A DNA stretch of 64,000 bases from assembly GCA_030141605.1 (NCBI GenBank), contig JAQGDQ010000027.1, positions 849,847-913,846 on the forward strand, given 5' to 3'. Positions 1 through 11,900 of the stretch are shown here, piece after piece; the stretch's first letter is position 1; each line of letters starts with the position of its first letter. Below the pieces are notes generated by a model, which saw only the letters and a list, made by a program, of their open reading frames with translations, did no database searches and was not told the DNA's origin. The stretch is from Tubiluchus corallicola (Eukaryota; Animalia; Priapulida). A program made the translations under genes and the position numbers.

Positions 1-66
1 TAAGTTTGAATCAAATTCTAACTAAAAAACTCATTCGACGCTCACCCCCCTGTTATCTACTTAGAT

Positions 67-2933
67 TTAAAAAGGAATGTTTTTCATAGACATACCACAG
101 TTTGTTCGTTCCCGCCACTCTAAAACAAGTCCTTTATTTCTGACAGCACGTGCGTAAGCGGCCATGACGTCGCACGCACTCTGCATACCATTGCTAGCTA
201 CACAGCTGATATACTTGCAAGCGTCCTTGTACGCTGCAGGTGAAATCAGTTCATGAGCAGAAATAAATATCAAACCCTGAAATGTGAGATGAATGATAAA
301 ACTCTATAGTCCAACAAATTTTAGGCTAAAATAACAAATATTCAAAAAATTTTAACCGCCTTTTAGTTTTAAAAACAATTATTCACAAAACTGCAAAAAA
401 AGTTACTACAAATGATGTAAGCAGATTTAGAAATATCTAACAAAACAGCATAAAACTTGTATTTTTCTTTATCAAGACACAAGCCCTTCTTCCTGCGATA
501 TAAAGGATTTAGCATCAAAATTTCAAACTGCACAATAGCATTGAAATGCCCTTGCGAAGAAAAACCAAGTGTTTAATTCGGAATAATGGCATATCGCATT
601 CCTGTATGACTAAACACGAATTATTGTCCAATATGTACTCATTGCAGAAAGTTTGTTTACAAAAGAACAGCAAAAATGTGAACAAAAATTTAGAGTAAGG
701 CACCAGAGTAACTGACAAACAAACAAACTTATTCTTTTCCAATTGCTTAGACGAAGCTTGACTCGTGAGATGATCCAGTTAATAGCAGTTGTCTACAATT
801 GGTATAGCACAATTTTGCTAGTTTTTGTGGCCATCTTTGGTCAAGTGCAGCAAACTTCTTGAAAAACAAGATAGAAAGAAATAAGGCTGCCTCTTTTAAT
901 GTTCATTCAACATGCCCGTTGAAGAGCTGTGGCTTCCCGCTTGACCACAAAAGGATTTCAGAAAAAGGTGACCTGGGTATAGTATTTCATTCAGAATTGC
1001 AGTGTCACTCATATAAACACGTTAACCAATTAATTCAGAATTTTAGAGCTGTCTAGCCTGGTTGAACATCAGCAAATTCTTGATAAACAATCGAGAGGGA
1101 AGGTTTTTTCTAAGCTCCCGCAGGACTGCAATCTCCTCTAATGAGGGGTGTCCCCAAAAAAGTAACCATTATGCTTGATTTCTTAATACGTATATAAAGG
1201 AAATGTTATTGTAAGAAACAGATGTTATATCAAAAAACGTTAAGTTTAAATATATTATTAAGGAAACGAGCGATATTATGCAAGTGAAAAGTACAAATCA
1301 CCTTTTTTAACATATCGCATGCTAATTTGAGTTTCCGCTTAGGTCGACATTTCTGCATTCCTGCAGGTTCACATTCGCCTAGTGATATCTTCTCTCCTTC
1401 CGGAACATACCAACTGTCTGTGTAAATGCTGGAAAACAGAAATAACACCGTAGTCAAAGTGTGAAGTACAAAAGAAGCAGTCTTGCAGTAAGGTCGCCTA
1501 TAAAAAAATCTTATTTCTGTCTTACCTCGTGAGCTTAAAAAATGTCAACAGGTAAGGAGGAAATTTTTTAAAAAAAAGTTTTAAAGCTCTGGGAATGTTT
1601 AAAGCTGAATCGTGGAATATTTAAATTCAGTTGAAATCAAAATTTGTTTATTTCTCACTGATTAGCAGCAATGCTTTAACTTTTTTCAAAGCACATTTTT
1701 CGCCCTTTGGTTTTTACTTTTTTATTTCGCATTACTAAATTATCGTATAATTATTGATTATCGTATAGTCTCTTTTTGTACTTAATGATTCCACTTTATA
1801 TGACTGCACTAGGTAAAGTATAAAAAATAAAATCTCCAGCCGGGTACGCGATCAACAAATTGCTCAGGCAATTAGATGGAAACAGAAGTATTTTTATGAC
1901 AGCCAATGGCAGTTAAGCTTAAAATTATAACTTGATATTTTCAAAACTCATGTATCAGTTTGCAGCCAAGTAATATTTCTAACAATTCTTCATACAATGG
2001 TACACGTCCAGACTTGTCTTTATGAGAAAAAAATAGCTGAAAGATGATATTTGTACGCTGGAGCACAGCATTTCATTTTGAAAGATTACACTTCATAGTA
2101 GTTATGTGCCAGTCTTGCCACAAGCACACCCACCTATATTAAGTAGGTAAGCCCTTGAGTGCTGGATTTTGACTTGCAATGTGCTGAATAAAAATAAGCC
2201 AAAACTGCTTAATGTGAATCCTACTGAGCCAACCACCTCTGCAAATAACTGAACATATTTGCATATTCATACCAGAATTAGGAATCTATCGAAAAATAGA
2301 AAAATAACTTTAATAAATACACGCTTATATGGCAATTAAAGTTAAAATATACCTAGTGCCATCATCTTTTTGAAGTCCATTGAAATTTCCGCACAACCCG
2401 CACATCTTTCCTTTATAATATCCCTCCACAACTGCATCTAAGTAAACTCTTCCGTCCCAGTATAGCTTAACTCCAGGATCCATGTATACCACAAACAAAG
2501 CACCTTCGCGAAATATTCTCAATCCACCCCCGTTGTAAGGAAGTGGCACTGCCCATCCATTTACTAGAACCAGAGAATTCTCCTTTAACAACACAGTGTG
2601 ATTCGAATAAAATATTCGTATGTTCATTTCTGTAAAGGCAGGCACTGCTTGTACCTTCTGTTTCTTCCTTCCCCTCTCTGACCTCCTGAGAACTGCTGAG
2701 TCTTTAAAAAATGATCGAAATATATTCTTCTGCGATCCAAACTCAAGCAAAACTTGAAATCCAGCATAGTTTTCACACGTTTCTGTAAACACTGTAGCAC
2801 ATTTACTGTGTGGCAATGTAGCAAGATGACCATCATAACTTTTGTACTTAAACATTCCAAACGTTGAACAATGACCGCTGTTTGGAATACATACATTGCA
2901 GCATTCACCAGGTATTTTACCTAATGTTTGACC
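67..2933 (-). CDS. C-terminal vWD + C8 domains (exons 28-30)
   Basis: [35 protein letters not shown] (vWD); [30 protein letters not shown] (C8). Confidence 0.85.
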
Positions 2934-5900
2934 CTGAAACAAAATTTTAGAAATAGCACATAAATAGCTGTCAGTTTCTAAAATTGCACATTCAAATCTC
3001 AGATCAGTACTTAGCACACTTGACCAGAAAATGCTTAAAGTAGTCAGTTGCATTTGGTTATAAGTACTTAACTGGTAATGACTGAAAACTTTTTCTAGTA
3101 AAGTCATAATTGCCAAATGTTTGAATACTTCTCATTGTTCTGCATAAGTTTTTTTGCAGATGCCTGCTTACTTGTCCACTGCATTCCTCTCACAGAACAT
3201 GTTGCAAAACCTGGTACTAATAATTAAAAGTAAAACATAGCCAAACGGAGCAGCAACAGCAGCAACAAAAACAACAACAACAACATCAACATCAACTTGT
3301 TGATAATAAATGTTAAACACATTTTTATCAATCAACAGTTGTAGGATTGCTAAATGCTAAAATAACTCGACAAACTGTTTAATTTTTATTTATTACTTGT
3401 GTAATGTGTAGGCTATTGTTTGTGTCATTAGCAATCAAAAAAGTAAAACATTTCAGTACGTTAGGTTTAAAAGTTGCTTGAGCATTTTCTTGTTCACATC
3501 TGACATTTCACAAGTTTATATGCAAAGAACGTAATCAGCCAACTACAGATTAAAAACCTTGCATTTTCAACTGTTTGGGCTGCTAACAGTGCCTGTATCA
3601 AGTCAACTACTGCTCACTGCACTAACTGACAGGTATCTACAGCACACTCTACAGCTGCAGCTTGAATTACTTCACATTGTTTTTATCAGCATATGGTCAG
3701 GTTACCGCTAATTTGTTTAAAATAACTGACTCGTGTTATCATGATATGGGTTTACTGTGGCAGATAAAAGATATCACAATGCATGGATGAATTGTTACAG
3801 GCCTATTGTACACCTTGATCTTACTCCAGTATTTCTAAGATACTTTACCTCCGGGCAACTTAATATAGTTGGACAATCGATTGGTTTACACGCTATCTCC
3901 TCATTCATGCACTGACAGAAGGAGCATTGATTTCCTGGTGGAACAAACTGTTCTCCGTGCTCATATATTAGACCCTGGTAAATGCAGCTACCATCTACAA
4001 AACATAAACTTTGAGAACGTCTCTCAGAAAATACTTATTTGGCAAAACAGAACCAAGTTCATAGCATTTACAGGAGAAAGGTGTATGGAAGGTTAATAAA
4101 TAAGCGAAACAGTGTATTTAATATAGTCATTATAACCAAACATTGGTAAACATGATACACAGGTAGTCATCGACTTACGACCACAATCGGTACCATCGGA
4201 TTGGACGTAAGCTGAATAGGATGCAAGTCGGACCCGTATATTCAAGTGGTGTGCTCCTTACATGGAAGATATTGTGTGTATACTAAGTATGGCAGTGATA
4301 AAGTGAGACATTATCACTTTTATGTAATTAATTAATTAATTTCGTGTCGTAAAATCGAACAGTCGTAAGTTGCATAGATCGTAAAGAGGATGGTCTGTAA
4401 TTATCTTATAGATAACAACCAATGAAATGACAGCAAAGAATTGAAAAACGCCTTTATCCAACATAAACAGATTCAAAGAAGGAAAACTTGTCAACAATTT
4501 CTTCGGTGACAGAATAAGTACGGTATGTCTTGTAATTACAAAGTCCAAATTCAAAACCTACTCAGTGGTAAAATTTTTCACTACCTATTTACATGCTGTG
4601 ATAATAGAAATGGTGCACACAAGCTTATAGAAAATTACTCATTTTTGAGTAACGTAAGTTTCTCACATCCTAATATTCCAAACCTACTGATGCCTGATTA
4701 AACACACATTTTGGACGAGTGTCAACAAGCAATAAGAAATATCCTATAGTAATCAAAATTCAAAAAATGCCAATTTTTGCCTGAATCTTAGTAAAAGTCA
4801 CTCTCAACCTAAATGTGTTTCCTAAAACACTCACAAATTTGATTTTCAATTAACTGACCAAATGCATTCACCTTTGGCAAGCTCTTGTTTAATAACTGAG
4901 AGTTTTTCGAATCTATGTTTGAAATTTTGCATCATTTTATTCTGCCACCATGCTGACTCTAAACAGGTGTAAAATCGCTGCATCACTATATATAAGAGAC
5001 TGTAGTACACAGTTATAAATTAAAATTGGTTTAGTAGTCTTATGACGACAAGTCTGATGCTGCCAAAATTCTGATGAATTGTTGACTTGAGATTTGATAA
5101 TCAAATTTACAATTGGTTCTTGTCATAATTGCTATTTTTCATTTTAAAAATAACTTTTATTAATAATAATTTGTAATAATAAATTAACGAGGAACTTTTG
5201 GAACACCCGTATTACTCAACAGTGAATACATACTCAAGCACTCGGAACAACATTCCTCATGCCAGAGGACCTGCTTCTCCTGAGGACAGTCAAGAGGCGG
5301 ACATTGAACAGTTTCGCATGTCAATTCACCACCCTTAAAAAACAAAGCAAGCACTTCTAGCATTTGTTATAACATGCCCATAACTAAGCAGAATCACCTT
5401 AACAGTTTTCTAGAAATAATGTTGCTAGCCAGTGTTTAGTGCACACCTTTATATAATTATAGCATTTTTATCTTCAATTATTATAGTGAATGATGATACA
5501 AAACTAAGTGCCTAATTGCAACATCACATGCAAAAGAATTCTCAGAATTTATTTTGGATATACATATTTATTTAAGGATACAGAATTGTCAATAAAGCAG
5601 CAAGTTGCTTAACTGAAGATTCTCCTGCATAAGTCTGTTAATAATTATCTGCTTATGTTTAAATCACAGAGAAATCATTAGATCCACAAAAGAGGATGTT
5701 ACATATTTCACTGATGAAGCATAATATATTAAAATTGATGTAAGGTTGAGGTACAGAACCTACTTTAGTCAGAAAAGATAAGCCTATACAATTATACACA
5801 GAGTATATCAGGAAAAAATGCACACTTACCGAACACAGACATGTTGTACAAGCTCCTAGCTGAAACTGTGTACCATCACTGTAAATGAAACCTTCGATTG

Positions 5901-8900
5901 TGCAACTGGAGGCGGCCTCAGCAGAATTAACACAAACAGGGCAGCAAGTACCATTCGGTAGGATACGGTTTTCAGCACTACAACTAAGTGCAGGACAATG
6001 CACTAAACCACAGTGAAGATACCCGACCTGTGAGGAGTGAAAAACACAGTGCTTTAAATTACAAGTACCCGTACAGGCTTTTTAATGCAGTCTGGTGCAA
6101 TGCAAGTTGGAGTATGTGCACACATTGGTGGAGCTACTATTATTGTTGGCTGGTTGTGGGAAACATAAACCTAGTTGTTACCAAGGATAATTCCCCAAGT
6201 TAAAAAGCTGGGTTGGCAGCAGATATCATAGGGTCTATACACACAGAATGCCAAGACAGAACAATAAAAAGATAGAAAAAAATTCTAGCAATAGGAAAAA
6301 AATCTGGCAATCACTCATCTATATACTGACCAAGCCCATCATTGCCAAACAGATGCCAAACAGTCATTCTCTTAACTGCAAATTAAAGAAAAAAATGCTA
6401 AAACAAGAATAATAAAATTAAACCTTGCATGTGCACTGTGTGCAGTCATCGTCTGCATGACGAAACGTGGCTTCTTCAAGGTACGTGATGTCCTCATGGC
6501 TACAACCTTTACACGATGCACAACAAGTTTGATTTCCACCATCTAGAGGATCTCTACATTCTGAAGGACAAGACACTGACTTGCACTGTATGGACGTGTC
6601 CTACAAATGGAAACAAATTAAAATAACTTATTATACTACAGTAGAGTCTATCAATTCAACAGCATGACTGGATAAACCAATAAATTAAATTTGATGCCCA
6701 CATCTTTAACATTGCAATAATTACTACAGTCAGCTTGGTACTAGTCGGCTATAGCAGCGATACCCTTAGTTAATTTTTGTAAGCCGTAAATAAAACATGC
6801 TTGCAAATAGAGTCGAAGTTGAACAACATTTCCTAGGAAACTACTTACTTTTGAGAGTTCAATAAACTGGGGGTTCCTACTGCTGAGGTTTAAGCAATCA
6901 ATCCAGTAAGCAAACAAATACATGAATTAATTACATAACTCATTAATCTAATTTGTTGCTTAGGAACAAAAATATGCCAAAAAACAAAGAAAAACAGGAA
7001 CTTCATATCATATTATTATATTTGAAATGTTTCAATAATGGAACATACTTATTCTTCAAAATGTTCAACTCCACACAGATATACACAAATCACGAATTTA
7101 ATCAGACAAAATTATCAACACACCCAAGTGGGGAAGAGCTTTATTCCATATTAAAATAATTTATAATGACGTCATAAAAGTGTACTTGTAAATGCAGTGA
7201 TTAGTAATCACTGATTACTCAAAACACACAAAACTGAAAAAAAGCAAGTACATTGCAAACACAGAGCGTGCAATCATCCTCCATTGTCCAAATATCTCCA
7301 TGTTCATAATGAACTCCATCAAACTCGCACTTTTGACATTGGGGGCAGCACTGTCCATCTACTGTTTCTGTGACTGAACATGTGACTGCAGGACAGGGCA
7401 TCATGTCACAAAGTACTGAGCCTTGCTGAAAATTGACAAATAAATTTAAAGTAAAAAAAAGTTCAAGAAATTTCAACACATAATCACGAACAGCATTCTA
7501 ACAGGTGGCACAAAAAGAGGTGCTGAACTTTTAATCACGATATTATAAGAAAATGACTGAATTACATGAAAATTACCACAATGATGTAACAGTCGTTTAT
7601 GTACAAACAACAAAAATTTTAGGTCATTCCCTTAGATTTTTCCAAAGATACAGGAGTTTTTTAAACAAGTCAAAAAAATAAATGCCGGAAAACTTTGTAT
7701 CAAGAATACTAAAATTTACAGTAAGTGTTCTGTGAGTCTACCATTTTTACTGCAAACTGACAAAGGCATTTCTTCCAACAGCTGACACAGTTTCTCACTT
7801 GTTTAAGGGGTATTTAGTTCCAACACTCAACAATTTTTGCCTTTAATTCCTTTACATCAAACTGCTCTGTGCAGCCACTGTACATTTTCTCTTTATGGGA
7901 ATTCCAGATAGCATTTAGTCCAAAGGATTCACTCCCATTTCTTCCTTGGTAATAAATCTCTATCAATGCTTCATCTTTTGTGGCGAACACCATGCAAAGG
8001 AACTAGTTGATTGTCAATTTCTTCATTATTTTGCTGCCATTCTACTGAGCTTTTTATACGGCTGTTTTCAATTATGATTACCTAACAATGTACCGGCATT
8101 TAAATTTTTAACATGCAAAAGTTTTTAGGTCATAACTTAAATATCCTGCTGCAAAATTTCAGCTTTGCAGGGCACTTGCTTCTAATATTATTGTAGTCGA
8201 AACCTCGTCACATTTTTTCTGGACCATCTGGTATAAAAAACATGACATCACTGTCTTTCATAAACTTATGAAATAAGAAGAAATATTTGTACACCACTCT
8301 GAACACAGAAAGAAGATGGGTATGATAACAAGTGATAACATCTTTGTTGAATTGTGCACTTAGTTAAATTTTGACAAGAACGATGGATTTGTAATGATAA
8401 TAGCTGTAGCAATGTATTTTGCGACAATAACTTATGAAGACAAAAGTAAACGATGGACATAAATTCTCTAAATAAATACAAAGTAAGTCCATTATTTACT
8501 GAATGAATGAAAGTTAACACATTTATTACACGTCTTCACCGAATGCATTGCAAACTAATCGAAAGTTCACTTTCCTAAAACAGAAACAAAACATTCGTTC
8601 ATTCCTTCATTCATTCATTCACACAACCTCTCTTACCTGACATGTGCAGATATGGCAGGGATCTGCGTCATTTGGAATAAACGTCGCTCCTTCTTTATGT
8701 ACCTTCCCATTGAATTCACAGACAGAACAATCCATACAGCACTGACCAGAAACAGCTAGGCCATGGGTACAAACTGCACCACAGGAACGTGCAGTGCAAT
8801 TTACCGTGCTGTTCTGAAATTAAAAAACGAATGAAACTTACAAATTACAGATGTCTGCGCACTACTAATAAGTATGAAACTCCTCAGCCAATTTTGCTAT

Positions 8901-11900
8901 TTTCAAAGTAAACATATCCATCATGCACAAGATATAAATAATAAAACATTATTACAATGTCAGGTTTACCATTAAATATTTTTTCCTTTAAGAAATATGT
9001 GATCGATCAGCAATTTGGTCAACCGAAAAATTGACTATACAATTTACATGTATAGTATATTGGGGTAATGTCGGCCATATTTAGGTTTTTTCAATGATAT
9101 GCATTAATGCTTTATATAATATATATAGATTATATATTCTAAAAAATGCCAGTCTAGGTCACGTGACCTAATACGTGTACAAAAATATAAAAACCAGATG
9201 GCCGAGTTTAATAAACTATACACTAAATGAGAAAAAAATAATTAGGCGAATACGATTTGCATCATAAGGCATCCACCTGTTAATGAAGTAAGTCACTGCC
9301 ACACCATTATTAATAATTCATATTTCTATGTTTGACTTACAATACGCAAAGTATGATTGCCAAACTATTGGTAAACATAATAAGACGTGTAACATAATAA
9401 ACATGTTTGCAAATGTTTCGTGCAGTTTATAATGTTGCGCATAGTTTTAAGTTTGATACGATTTTTTTCTGTTTGATGACAAGTCTTTATTAAAGATATT
9501 TAACTAATAATTTAAAATCAAAATCACATAGAATTGTTACTATGTTAATCTACAGCAGCTCTATACTATACATTTACCTGACAAGTGCACTCTTGACATT
9601 CACTATCAGCTAATGAGAAGTTTTCACCATCCTTGTATATCTCAGCACCTATTACACAATCACCAGGACATGCAACTGATTTGCACCTTACCTTAGTCAC
9701 CTGTAAAAACATACAAACTTTTACCAACTCTGTCAGCTACATAAACTTTTAATAAGTTCAGTGAACATTCTTACATTATTATACTAAATTCCAAACAGGA
9801 GATATTTATGCAGAAACTAATATCATTAAATCTTGTACGGAAGAAAAGTACCCGGGCCACATTTTAACAACAGATAAAACAGACAATATGGATATTGGCC
9901 GCCAGCATCGTTTGTTCTACATTCAATCAAACAAATTAATTCGATATTTTTCTAACTGCAGTACAGTTAATTTTGTTCAAAGCATATTGCTTTAACTTTT
10001 ATTGTGCCGCATTATGGAATAACTATTACGACTACAGCTTAAAGAATTTAAAAGTTGCTTATAATAAAGGGATCAGAATTTTGTTTAATCTACTTTATGA
10101 CTGCTCGATTAGACAAATGTGTATAGAACTAAATTTACCATATTTTGATTTTATTACTAAAAGATCTATTTATTCACTAAAAATTAGAGCTACTGACACC
10201 TACAATGAATTGATAAATAATATATTTAACAGTGACTGTTTATTTATATCTAGGTTGTATAAGCATTGGAATAAAAGCCTATATACTGTAGCCCAATAAA
10301 GCAAGGTTGTAAATATCGTAAATACTTAATTAACTGCATTTAATTGTGAGAAACTACTAACTGATAATTGTATATTGATTTATATGTATAATATTTGTTT
10401 GTTAACTATAATTTGTATTGTAATATGGACTTTGTTCTGAAATAAAAATATTCAATCAATCAATCAATCAATCATTAAATTATTATTCATAAATTAAAAC
10501 AGGATGATCCAAAAGAACAGTGCACTAAGCTTACCAATATACTACAAATAATATTATTTTAACATCATTATGGTAACATGAGGAACAAGTCAAGGTCATT
10601 TGATCATACTTGTCATCTTTTTAGGGCATTGTTTCTTTTGGAATACCCCATAATATCAGAATTAAAAAGCAAAGAAAATAAAGTAAAATTTGCCACACCT
10701 AACCTGATAATCAACAAAATTTAAAATACCTAAACCTAAGCTTAATTAAAGTAGGTTTGTAAATGATTTATCTGTAAGTATTTTACTAAACTCAAAACAT
10801 CAAAAAATGAATACTTTTTATTTAAGATACAATTATATAAGAAAAAATTAATTAATTATTATTTATTTAAAAAGACGACTATAAATATAGTACTGTTTTG
10901 AATTACAGAATAAGTGTGAGGCCAGAAACAAACCAGAAAAAACACACTAATAGAAACATAACATTGATTAAGCACAAAAGTGCAATTCCTTTGCTTATCT
11001 AATTTATTTAGATTTTTGCTAAATATATTGTGAACTACTAACATAAACTGCAAGTACTTTAAATAAAGCAAGAATCCACTTACTAAACATTTGCATTCTT
11101 GGCAGAGATCCTGAGTTGAATCCTGCAAGTTAATACTTTCACCATGTTCAATAACCCTGTCATTATATATACACTGCATTCCTAACAAAAAAACAATTTC
11201 ATTAAAAATGGCCAAAAAAGGCAGGCCAAACCATTCTTTTTCTAGAGAAAAATTATACAAATATAAATGTATCAGATAACAAGCACCATTAACTATGCCA
11301 GTATGCATTACATGCAACACATTATGCAAGTAATAAATAAAACATATGCAGTTTAACGAAATACGCATTGAATTGTTGGTTTAAAAAACACTAATTTTAT
11401 TGTACACAATATACCTGTTATAGTCTATAAATAATATGAGTATGCGTAAAATCGTTTTACATAACTCTAAAGGCACATTCAGATTGGAGTATTTTCTCAC
11501 AAAGAAATTTCGAATGAATTCACACTAGAGAGTAAAATCTGCTACAAGTTGCTTTCCGACAGCAAGTATAAACAAATGTCGCAGGAGATCTATCTCTGCA
11601 GCAGGTAGAAAAAGATACGAGTTCTCAAGATGAAAAGAGTTTGTCTTCATTTGCATAAAAAGTAACAAGGCCTGCTGACAGTAAATTTGTAGAGCAGTTC
11701 ACACTAGCAAGTTTGCTATCAGACAGAAGTCTCCAGACAAGAACCTCTCCAGTGTGAACACAGCTTTAATGATAACAGTCATTCGAGTTCTTACCACACA
11801 AGACATGGCTGTTGTTTCACTTAGTAATTCCACAAATCCTTAAAAGTGAAATGTAAAACTCCTACAAATAAGAGTTAGGAGTGATACATTAAAAGCAATT

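Noticed and set aside
9155-9170. Perfect 16-bp palindrome TAGGTCACGTGACCTA (E-box/CLEAR-like)
   Set aside because: Single intronic occurrence, probably part of a repeat; no evidence of regulatory function.
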